Below, piece by piece: positions 10,432 through 18,482 of a stretch of 64,000 nucleotides of DNA. The stretch is from an uncultured Alphaproteobacteria bacterium (GTDB lineage: Bacteria; Pseudomonadota; Alphaproteobacteria; RF32; CAG-239). The stretch lies in the NCBI GenBank assembly GCA_944391715.1, contig CALXUP010000005.1, positions 4,277 through 68,276 on the forward strand, read 5' to 3'. The position numbers and the translations under genes were made by a program. The notes under the pieces are model-generated. The model made no database searches. It had not been told where the DNA came from and was given only the letters and a program-made list of their open reading frames with translations. Within the stretch, counting starts at the first letter, position 1, and every line of letters starts with the position of its first letter.

Positions 10432-10505
10432 GCGACCCCAACGAGATTCGAACTCGTGTTCCCACCGTGAAAGGGTGGTGTCCTAGGCCTCTAGACGATG
10501 GGGTC
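10430..10505 (-). tRNA. tRNA-Glu (anticodon UUC), CCA encoded
   Basis: Minus-strand reading GACCCCATCGTCTAGAGGCCTAGGACACCACCCTTTCACGGTGGGAACACGAGTTCGAATCTCGTTGGGGTCGCCA folds as a canonical cloverleaf with anticodon loop CTTTCAC. Confidence 0.9.
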
Positions 10506-10586
10506 ATTAGAAACTAGCTGCATATATAAAGGTTATTTTTATTCCGGTCAAGATATTTTTTCAGATTTTTGTATTTTTTTTGTTTT

Positions 10587-11825
10587 TTATTGCGGAATGC
10601 CCGTTACCTCAACGATTTTGCTCATCGGCACCAGTTTTATTCCCTTTTTTTCAAGTTCCGGCAGCCAGGCCGCTAAAGCCTGGAACGTGCCGCTTTTCGG
10701 ATGGCCGATTGCCACGGCATAGCCGTTCTTTCTGGCAATCCGTTCCGTCAGGCGCAATTGACCGTTAATATAATCGACATTATTTTCGTTATCCAAAAAA
10801 ACATGCCGGTGGGCATAAACTACGCCGTGTTTTCCGGCTTCCACCCTGCCCACAGAACGCGGCGATGTTTTGGAATCCAAAAAGAACAGCCCATGCTCTT
10901 TTAAAACTTCCATAACTGCCCCCAGCCGTTCCGAATCTTCAGTAAACAGGCTTCCCATATGATTGTTAATGCCTTTGACGCCGTCAAATTTTGACAACAT
11001 TGTTTCAAGCCTCTGCCTGATTTCTTCCGGCGGCATTTTTGTGGTCAAAACATCCGGTGCCGCGTCTTTGTTGCTTTTGGCCTGCATCGGAACGTGAATC
11101 ATAATTTCGTGTCCTGCTGACCGGGCTGCCGCCACCTGCTCGGGAAGTTTGCGCGCATAGGTCAGAAAAGACGAAGTCAGCGGCGCTTTCAAAGATATGA
11201 TGTCTGCCGTACGTTTCGGGCTTATTCCCATGTCGTCAATCACAACGGCAACCACCGGCTGCGGCCCGAAATACAGGGGGCGTTTGGACGGCAACACTCC
11301 CATTTCCCGAATGCTGCGATGGCCATGGTAAATATGATAATCTTTGCCATATTGGCGTATGGCTTCGGCATCTGACATTTCCTCTTCATCAAGATAAGCT
11401 TCCGAAGGAAGTTCTTCTTCATAGGTTTCCTCAATCTTATCCATTTCGGCAATGTCATTAATCGTGGCGGCATCTTCTTCCGGATTGAGCATCCTAACTG
11501 CCAAATCAGAGTTAAAATCCTCGGAATTGATTATAAAAACTTCTTCATTTTCGGGCTGAGAGAGAAAAGGTGTGCTGGTGTCAATACAGCTCAATCCTTC
11601 AGGGCATGACCGGATTTCTGTTTTTTCGGCATCTTCCATCCGGCTTATTTCTATTTTTGTACCAACACTTTCGGGAGTGCTTTCAGGATGTACATTCTCA
11701 ATGGTTTCAAAGAAAAACCAGGTAAAAGAAAAGGCCAGAAAGATTCCCAACAACGTTCGGCACAGCATCCGAATCCGGTTGAAAAATATTGAACGTTCCC
11801 GCCAGTCTTTTTTCTGAAAAAACAA
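10587..11825 (-). CDS. Divergent polysaccharide deacetylase family protein (YibQ-like) with an N-terminal TM helix and acidic linker
   Basis: N-terminal TM, Asp/Glu-rich region, then C-terminal motifs of the divergent polysaccharide deacetylase family (AVVIDDMG...HVPM...NHMGS). Confidence 0.65.
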   Translation of the reverse strand: MFFQKKDWRERSIFFNRIRMLCRTLLGIFLAFSFTWFFFETIENVHPESTPESVGTKIEISRMEDAEKTEIRSCPEGLSCIDTSTPFLSQPENEEVFIINSEDFNSDLAVRMLNPEEDAATINDIAEMDKIEETYEEELPSEAYLDEEEMSDAEAIRQYGKDYHIYHGHRSIREMGVLPSKRPLYFGPQPVVAVVIDDMGISPKRTADIISLKAPLTSSFLTYARKLPEQVAAARSAGHEIMIHVPMQAKSNKDAAPDVLTTKMPPEEIRQRLETMLSKFDGVKGINNHMGSLFTEDSERLGAVMEVLKEHGLFFLDSKTSPRSVGRVEAGKHGVVYAHRHVFLDNENNVDYINGQLRLTERIARKNGYAVAIGHPKSGTFQALAAWLPELEKKGIKLVPMSKIVEVTGIPQ

Positions 11826-11883
11826 AAGTACAATCCTTTTTTTGACACAGAAATTGCGTTTCTGCGCGGATTGTAAACGCTGT

Positions 11884-11899
11884 CTTGAAAATTTTCAAG
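11884..11899. promoter_or_regulatory. Perfect 16-bp palindrome cttgaaaattttcaag in the divergent promoter region
   Basis: Exact inverted repeat between the deacetylase gene and the 11984 gene. Confidence 0.3.
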
Positions 11900-11983
11900 A
11901 AATATATCTTTTTTTTGCAAAAAATGACTGGATTTAAATGGTTTTTAAGACTATATTGTCATTGAAAATTAGAGGGATAAGAG

Positions 11984-13039
11984 ATGAAAAAAGATGTAAA
12001 AGGATTTTTGAAAGCTGTCAGAAACAAAATGCTGACATTGGGACTGACCGTATCCGGGCTCGGAACGGCAGCAACGACTGTCGCAAATCCGGGCGGAAAT
12101 GCTCCGACAACCGATGATTCCCGCGTGGAAAATGCATCAATCGATTATAAAAAGATTTCATTGCACCCGGTTGAATATAAGACCAGCGGCATTTATAAAG
12201 GCGGAATTGAGGTTAATTTTGCCGAATGTACGCCGCATCATCTGGGGTGGGTTTTTGAATCCGGCATGAAACCCGGAATTGTTGATCCGTCAAATTCTTA
12301 CATCGGCCTGTTCCAGATGGATTTGGGAGCAACGATGGCAACCTTTTTGAAAGAAAACAAAAACAAATATCCGAAACTGGCTGCCCTGGGAAAAACAAAA
12401 GAAATGCGCACGATTAAAAACGGGCCGTTTCAAAAATTGTGGAAAGAGTTGGACAGCCCGGAATTTCGCAAAGCTCAATCCGATTTTATGGATAAGCATA
12501 AGTATGCTCCGATTTTTGAAGAATTGCGCGACATTGACGGGCTTGATATAGACAAACGGGGAGATGCTTTACGCGGTGCCGTCATGTCGGCGGCCAATCA
12601 ATATCGTAAGGATGTGGTCATAAAAATGATAAAGGCCGCATATCTTGAGGCTGCTAAGGACAAAAGCCCCAAAGACGTTAAAACAGAAGATATTATCAGC
12701 AATTTTTACGATCAGAGGGTTAAACGCTCACCCAGCTTAAAGACCCGCCTGCTCGGTACAACCAATAAAAAAGGCAAAAAAGTTATCTTCGGCGAGAAAG
12801 ATATGGCTTTGGATTATCAGCATTATCTTGAAAATACGCAGATGGTTCTGCTGGCCGAAAAAGAGAAGGAAAAAACACTTGCCATTCCGCTCAAAGAGTG
12901 GTCCAGAAGCGTGGCGGACATTATCCCCAAAGATACAACCAAAGAAGTTATATCTCCGTTGGCGCTCGGTCCGGGTTTGCCCGAAAATAATATTTATAAA
13001 AAGCGTGCCCTCATCAACCGCTTGAAAAGATCACGCTGA
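11984..13039 (+). CDS. Secreted hypothetical protein, 351 aa, unknown function
   Basis: Signal peptide; RBS agagggat; own terminator at 13050-13080; no recognisable family motifs. Confidence 0.5.
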   Translation: MKKDVKGFLKAVRNKMLTLGLTVSGLGTAATTVANPGGNAPTTDDSRVENASIDYKKISLHPVEYKTSGIYKGGIEVNFAECTPHHLGWVFESGMKPGIVDPSNSYIGLFQMDLGATMATFLKENKNKYPKLAALGKTKEMRTIKNGPFQKLWKELDSPEFRKAQSDFMDKHKYAPIFEELRDIDGLDIDKRGDALRGAVMSAANQYRKDVVIKMIKAAYLEAAKDKSPKDVKTEDIISNFYDQRVKRSPSLKTRLLGTTNKKGKKVIFGEKDMALDYQHYLENTQMVLLAEKEKEKTLAIPLKEWSRSVADIIPKDTTKEVISPLALGPGLPENNIYKKRALINRLKRSR

Positions 13040-13049
13040 TTTTTGATTA

Positions 13050-13080
13050 AGCTCCTTTTTGCGAGGAGCTTTTTTCTTGA
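13050..13080 (+). terminator. Rho-independent terminator
   Basis: aagctcct ttttgcg aggagctt followed by ttttttctt. Confidence 0.55.
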
Positions 13081-13090
13081 CTTTTTTACA

Positions 13091-13105
13091 GAACTAAAAT
13101 AGAAC
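13091..13105. promoter_or_regulatory. Alphaproteobacterial-type LexA box (GAAC-N7-GAAC) upstream of lexA
   Basis: gaactaaaatagaac lies 40 nt upstream of the lexA ATG. Confidence 0.6.
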
Positions 13106-13145
13106 ATTTACATATGTTTCAAAATTGAGGATAAGGATTGATTTT

Positions 13146-13802
13146 ATGCTGACCCAGAAACAATACAAACTGTTGATGTTTATTAATAAAGTCATTAAAG
13201 AAACCGGCTGTCCGCCTTCGTTTGACGAGATGAAAGACGCCATCGGGCTTAAATCGAAATCCGGAATCCATAATATGATTGAAGCATTGTGCGAACGTAA
13301 TTTTATCAAACGCCTGCCTCATAAAGCGCGCGCCCTTGAGATTGTGCGGATGCCAAAGCTCAAGCCAAGTTCCGTTATTGAAGAAGAAAGAAAACGCGAA
13401 CAGGCCATCCAAAACGGTATGATTGAAATTCCGTTTTACGGACAAGTCGCCGCCGGACTGCCGATTGACGCCATTGCCGATGAAAACGAAAAGATTTTTG
13501 TTCCGTTTGATATGGTTTCGCGCGGATCGCATTATGCCCTTCATGTTTCGGGCGATTCAATGAAAGAGGCCGGTATCTTAAACGGCGACGTTGTCATTAT
13601 CAAAAAAACGGAAACTGCCGAAAACGGCGATATCGTCGTCGCCCTGGTTGATGATGACGTAGCGACGCTGAAAAAATTTAAACGAGAGAAAGATACGGTT
13701 ATGCTTATTCCGTTTAATGAAAATTATGATGTGCAAAAATATCTGGCTTCCCGGGTAAAAATCCAAGGGAAATTGGCCGGGCTTATTCGTAAATACGCCT
13801 AG
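13146..13802 (+). CDS. lexA: LexA repressor
   Basis: Start MLTQKQYKLL; winged HTH, Ala-Gly cleavage site (VAAGLP), S24 peptidase Ser (GDSM) and Lys; alpha-type linker insertion. Confidence 0.85.
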   Translation: MLTQKQYKLLMFINKVIKETGCPPSFDEMKDAIGLKSKSGIHNMIEALCERNFIKRLPHKARALEIVRMPKLKPSSVIEEERKREQAIQNGMIEIPFYGQVAAGLPIDAIADENEKIFVPFDMVSRGSHYALHVSGDSMKEAGILNGDVVIIKKTETAENGDIVVALVDDDVATLKKFKREKDTVMLIPFNENYDVQKYLASRVKIQGKLAGLIRKYA

Positions 13803-13833
13803 CTTTCCGGATCTGTTTCACGAGGTTTTGCGT

Positions 13834-15015
13834 TTATTCGGCAATAGGTCGCGGGCCGGTATAAATTTTGCTGTCTGCCGGAATTTCTTTGCTGATACCC
13901 TTGCTCAGATTATTCAGACGGACAAATCCCATCTCTCCGTTATCCAGCATAATCCGGGCCCAGACATCGTCGGGCGTTTTGCCGGTCAGCCTTACGGTTG
14001 TTTGTCCGCGCAGTTCAGTTATCACATCAAAATCGTCTGACGGGCCATACATTATCCTGGCGGCATTTTTCAGATGATACAGATTATTCAGGCTTGAAGT
14101 ATCGGCAGGAATGTTCAAAATCTTGCTGACCATCATATCATCAAAAGTTTCCCGCCCGTCGTTAAAGCGAACTTCCTGATTGTAAATAATTTCTTTATTG
14201 GCGGAAAAATAGCTCAACAACTCGCTTTCCGATACAAATTTTGCAGTTGTCGGCACCAAAGCGCCCAACAAAATTATGCCCGGTACAATCAACTGAATAT
14301 ATTTCAGCATTGCAAAATTAAATTTCGGCAGACTGATATCGGGATTTTCGCCCAGAAAATAAATCAGTTTTCGAATCAGCCCCTGTTGATACGGATTGGC
14401 GTAATTCAAGGCCTGAACCGCCGAGGCCAAGGCTTTGTCCTTTTTATTCTCCTGAGCATATGCCAAGGCATTATGCACCAAAAGAGTCAGATTCTTTTGA
14501 CGATTTTGGTTTATGCCGGAAAAGTTGGCCTTTATTGCCTGAATATTGCGAACAAACGCCGGCCAGCCCCACCAGCCGAGAAGCCAGTTTTTTAACGAGG
14601 TTTGAAAGACTATGCCCGTTGCTTCTTTGGCATTGCAGATTTCATCATGTTCTTCGTCCGAGGTTTTGACGATTTTTCCGACCACGCGGCGCAGCGAAAA
14701 AACACGCAAATACGGATTTTCCTGTCCGGCGCGATCCGAATAGGCTTTTAGCGCAAACATATCTGGAAAATCTTTCGCGGTATAAATTTGGGTCAACAAA
14801 TCATAGAACAGACGGCTGTCCGCTTCTTTTAAAATATCATAGGCCACAGAGAGCTTTTGGAATTTCTCCGTAGCTTCCGGCCCGGCATTGTGATCCGGGT
14901 GCCACATTTTTGCCCGTTCGCGATAATTTTGCTTTATCAGGTTTTCATCCGCGTCAAAAGGAACGCCTAAAATCTGATAATAACCCAAAGCATCTGCCGT
15001 GTATTGCGCTGTCAT
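13834..15015 (-). CDS. J-domain (DnaJ-like) protein with TM segments and a C-terminal SH3-like region, immediately downstream of fliK
   Basis: N-terminal DYYQILGVPFDADENLIKQNYRERAKMWHPD...HPD J-domain; no Zn-finger or DnaJ C-domain. Confidence 0.6.
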   Translation of the reverse strand: MTAQYTADALGYYQILGVPFDADENLIKQNYRERAKMWHPDHNAGPEATEKFQKLSVAYDILKEADSRLFYDLLTQIYTAKDFPDMFALKAYSDRAGQENPYLRVFSLRRVVGKIVKTSDEEHDEICNAKEATGIVFQTSLKNWLLGWWGWPAFVRNIQAIKANFSGINQNRQKNLTLLVHNALAYAQENKKDKALASAVQALNYANPYQQGLIRKLIYFLGENPDISLPKFNFAMLKYIQLIVPGIILLGALVPTTAKFVSESELLSYFSANKEIIYNQEVRFNDGRETFDDMMVSKILNIPADTSSLNNLYHLKNAARIMYGPSDDFDVITELRGQTTVRLTGKTPDDVWARIMLDNGEMGFVRLNNLSKGISKEIPADSKIYTGPRPIAE

Positions 15016-16700
15016 ATAAAAATACCGTCTTCCAAAGTTGCATTTCTGTTATCAGTTTCGCATATCTTTATAAAATTTTCTTTAACGTTAATCTTCATAT
15101 TGCCGCTGTATCCGACCTCTTCCAATGATTTTTGAAACAGGCGCATCATCTCGCTGCAAAAATCGCGCTCCATATCTTTTTCCGTGCGGACAATCAGGTC
15201 AAAGCGCTTGTCTTTTGTGAAAGAAAAGCCGTCAAGCTGAAAAGCGCCCAGAACAGAAAAAGAGGTATCGACCACGAAACGGACGGCAGACTTCTCTTTG
15301 CGGCGTTTTTCCTGCCGTTGCTGTTCTTCATCCTCCATTTTTTTTATGGCAATCCGAATCCGGTTAAAGATATTGTCGCCGTAAAACGGAATGTTGATGA
15401 TTTTCCAGCCGGCGTTTTCCTGAACCTGTGCATTCAAAACCGTATTCAGCTTTTCCAAAACTTCTTTACCGTCCGTTCCGGCGGCATTCAACCTGTTTAC
15501 ATTGTCCGTTCCCAGCCAATGTTCTGCATTGCCGCTGCGGGCTGCCCTGACAAAAGACATTATATTGGCAAGCATCTTGCCGTTATTTTGCGGAATTTTT
15601 TCCAACAGCCGCCCTTCCATCTCAGGCATTTCTTTGTTTTGAAGAAGTTCAAAAACATCTTTCAAACCCGGCGGCGTCAGTTTGGAAATATCGGTTCCGC
15701 TATTTTGAAGCAATCCGACGATTTGAAGCAGAATTTTTGCGTCCTCAGGAATTTTTAAAGACGTTTCAGGCACAAGCTGCCCGAGAGGGCTTTGCAATAC
15801 CGGCCATAACTTTCCGTCCGCTTTTAACATTTCTGCCGGCAGAGTTAATTTGTCCGACGATGAAAGAACTTCGATAATTTCGGTTGCCATTTTTTGTATG
15901 GCATTTTCAGGCAAAGTAGTGCCATCCGCCGGGAGGTTATTTTTAACCAAAGAGACAATCTGCCGTAACGTTTCCGGCAGGGCGGCATTTGACGGAGCCG
16001 GCACATTTTGTCCGCCTGAAGATTGCAGCGGAGCCATGGCAATTTGCAGGCTGAAACGGTTCAGGTTTTCAGCCAAAGCCGATGCGGTATTTAGAGGAAT
16101 TTGATTTTGAACAAAAATATTTTCCAACGCCGTTCCTAATTTTACCGGCAGCATTTTAACCGCGGCAGATGCCGGATTGTTACTGCCGCCAATCATAATT
16201 CCGTCAGAAACGGCCGGATTTTTTGCATTTTCAGCAGACTGAATGACCGTCCCGGAGGAGAGGTTGTTTCCGACCGGGCCGGCGGAAACTTTTCCCATGG
16301 TGTCTGCCGGCGTTCCGTCCGGCTGCGTCGGACGAAGCACAAAGTTTTCCGGCCTTTCATTATTTATTGTCAGTATTTTCAGCTCAAAAGCCTGCGGATT
16401 TTTAGAAACCAGACGGGCGGAAATTTCCTGAATCTGATTATCGGACAAACCGGCATTTTTTAATCCGGACAATGAGACCGGAATATCCAGCAAAACCTGT
16501 GATGTTACCCCTTTGATAACGGCCTGGAGTTTTGAAAGGTCTGTCTGCCCGCCGGACGGCAGCAGCTCCAGCCGGATATTTTCTCCCAGACCCAGTTTTT
16601 GCAATTCCGGCGGCGGATTTTCTATTTGTATCGTCAGGCTGCCGTCAGAGGCATAATTCCCGAGTCCCGGAATATTTATTGAAGGAATCAGGCTATCCAT
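15012..16700 (-). CDS. fliK: Flagellar hook-length control protein FliK-like
   Basis: Pro/Gln-rich low-complexity N-terminal part; C-terminal FliK (Flg_hook)-like segment SFSVLGAFQLDGF...RFDLIVRTE; position in the flagellar operon. Confidence 0.5.
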   Translation of the reverse strand: MDSLIPSINIPGLGNYASDGSLTIQIENPPPELQKLGLGENIRLELLPSGGQTDLSKLQAVIKGVTSQVLLDIPVSLSGLKNAGLSDNQIQEISARLVSKNPQAFELKILTINNERPENFVLRPTQPDGTPADTMGKVSAGPVGNNLSSGTVIQSAENAKNPAVSDGIMIGGSNNPASAAVKMLPVKLGTALENIFVQNQIPLNTASALAENLNRFSLQIAMAPLQSSGGQNVPAPSNAALPETLRQIVSLVKNNLPADGTTLPENAIQKMATEIIEVLSSSDKLTLPAEMLKADGKLWPVLQSPLGQLVPETSLKIPEDAKILLQIVGLLQNSGTDISKLTPPGLKDVFELLQNKEMPEMEGRLLEKIPQNNGKMLANIMSFVRAARSGNAEHWLGTDNVNRLNAAGTDGKEVLEKLNTVLNAQVQENAGWKIINIPFYGDNIFNRIRIAIKKMEDEEQQRQEKRRKEKSAVRFVVDTSFSVLGAFQLDGFSFTKDKRFDLIVRTEKDMERDFCSEMMRLFQKSLEEVGYSGNMKINVKENFIKICETDNRNATLEDGIFI

Positions 16701-17595
16701 TAATCAGTTTCCCGGCAATGGCTATCACATCTTCCGCGGCCTCAGATGTCGGATAGCGTGTTAAAATAGAGGCCTGGTTGCGAATAGAATCGCGGACTCT
16801 GGTATCGCGGCGGACAATTCCCAACAACGGCGGATTAATCTTTAGAAAATTGCGGCAGGCTTTTAACAGCGTATCATATGTCCGCTGCCCTTCCCGCAGC
16901 GAGTTTGCCTGATTGACCACAATGTTAATGTCGCTGCGGCTGTACTGCATACTCATAATCTTGATAAAAGCATAAGCATCGGTCAGCGATGTCGGCTCAT
17001 CGGTACAAACAACGATGATTTTTTCCGCCAGCCCGGATAAAATACGCACCGGTTTTTCTACTCCGGCTCCCATATCCAAGATTACCTTATCGTAATTTCC
17101 GGACAAGGCGCTCAAATCTTCTCCCAATATCTGCAGCCGTCCGATCGGCAAAGAAGCCAGTCCGGCAGAGCCCGAACGTCCGGCGATAATGTCAAAGTGT
17201 CCTTTATCATAATGATAAACGGCCTGATTCAGCGTTAAGGCGCCGGTCACAACACTGCCCAGATCATATTTGGCCATTAATCCGAGCTGAATATCTATAT
17301 TTGCCAGCCCCAAATCGCCGTCAAACAACAATGTGCGTTGACGGAATCCGCTTAAAGCATGAGCCAGGGTTATTGAGAACCAGGTTTTGCCGACGCCGCC
17401 TTTGCCGGAAGCTACCGCAATCATATTGCGCCCTTTCCGGGCGGTGCGGGCTCCGGTGCCGCGCGGCATAATTTGCAAGGTTTCACTTATATTTTCCATA
17501 TCCACCTCTCTCATTCCAAAATTAAGCGGGCTAAAGACTGCGGCGTGATTTCCGCCAGGCCTTTGGCAATACTGGCACTGACGCCGGCCGAACAA
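16693..17595 (-). CDS. flhG: Flagellar number regulator FlhG/FleN (MinD/ParA family ATPase)
   Basis: Deviant Walker A SGKGGVGKT; likely start at MENISETLQ (about 17499); follows flhF. Confidence 0.75.
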   Translation of the reverse strand: MFGRRQCQYCQRPGGNHAAVFSPLNFGMREVDMENISETLQIMPRGTGARTARKGRNMIAVASGKGGVGKTWFSITLAHALSGFRQRTLLFDGDLGLANIDIQLGLMAKYDLGSVVTGALTLNQAVYHYDKGHFDIIAGRSGSAGLASLPIGRLQILGEDLSALSGNYDKVILDMGAGVEKPVRILSGLAEKIIVVCTDEPTSLTDAYAFIKIMSMQYSRSDINIVVNQANSLREGQRTYDTLLKACRNFLKINPPLLGIVRRDTRVRDSIRNQASILTRYPTSEAAEDVIAIAGKLING

Positions 17596-18467
17596 AATCC
17601 GAGTTCACAACAACTGGCCACCGACAGCAGAGAACCGATGCGGCGGGTCAAATCCATACGGGTCGGCATCAGGTAACGCGCTCCCAATTCCGTGAAAACT
17701 TCGGCAATTTCTATTGCTTCATAAGTATTCAACCCCGATGCCATGGTCAAAATCATATCAGCGTTAACCGCCTCAACAAAAGCATTAACCTTTTCAACAT
17801 CTTCCGGAACAAACGGATTAATCCCCGGCGTATCAATTAAGAATACGTCATATTTATTTTCAATTTCCTTGATTGTTTCAAACAAAGTGCGGCCATTTTT
17901 GCAAAACAGAAAATCAACTTCCAGAATTTCGGCAAAAGCTTCCAGCTGGCGGTTGGCACCGGCACGGACATTGTCCGTTGAAATGATGCAGGAAGAAATG
18001 CCTTTTAATTTGGCCTGGGTGGCCGTCTTGGCTATTGCCGTTGACTTGCCGCTGCCGGACGTGCCCATAAACAGCTTGATTTTTGACGGGGTTTGCAAAG
18101 GCGCGGAAAATTTGAACATTTCCTTAAAACAGGCGGTCAGAAGTTTTTGATCATCAAAAATTTTTTGGGCTTTGCTGATACTTCTGATCCGGGACAAGAT
18201 CCGTTCTTTTACCAAATCCAATACGGAATGGTAGTCTAAACATTCACGGATGATGCTGTCGTCAAAAACCGTACGGCTGTCCAACAGTTCGAGTTCATCG
18301 TCTTCGTTAAAGCTAATCTCTTCTTTTTCTTCCAGCGCGGCGGTAATCCGAACCTGACCGTCTTCCAACGTTTCCGTAGAAATAATGACGGCATCGCGTC
18401 CCAAAGCTTCTGAGGCCAGGCGCATGGCTTCCATTGAGGTGGCGGCGACGAAACTTTTTATTTTCAT
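17511..18467 (-). CDS. flhF: Flagellar biosynthesis GTPase FlhF (SRP-type)
   Basis: G-domain motifs GTSGSGKST, DTPG; follows flhA. Confidence 0.8.
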   Translation of the reverse strand: MKIKSFVAATSMEAMRLASEALGRDAVIISTETLEDGQVRITAALEEKEEISFNEDDELELLDSRTVFDDSIIRECLDYHSVLDLVKERILSRIRSISKAQKIFDDQKLLTACFKEMFKFSAPLQTPSKIKLFMGTSGSGKSTAIAKTATQAKLKGISSCIISTDNVRAGANRQLEAFAEILEVDFLFCKNGRTLFETIKEIENKYDVFLIDTPGINPFVPEDVEKVNAFVEAVNADMILTMASGLNTYEAIEIAEVFTELGARYLMPTRMDLTRRIGSLLSVASCCELGFCSAGVSASIAKGLAEITPQSLARLILE

Positions 18468-18482
18468 TCTGCTGCCCCCTGA

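Noticed and set aside
17473-17676. 67-aa plus-strand ORF at the flhF/flhG junction
   Set aside because: Lies within the overlap of two well-supported minus-strand genes.
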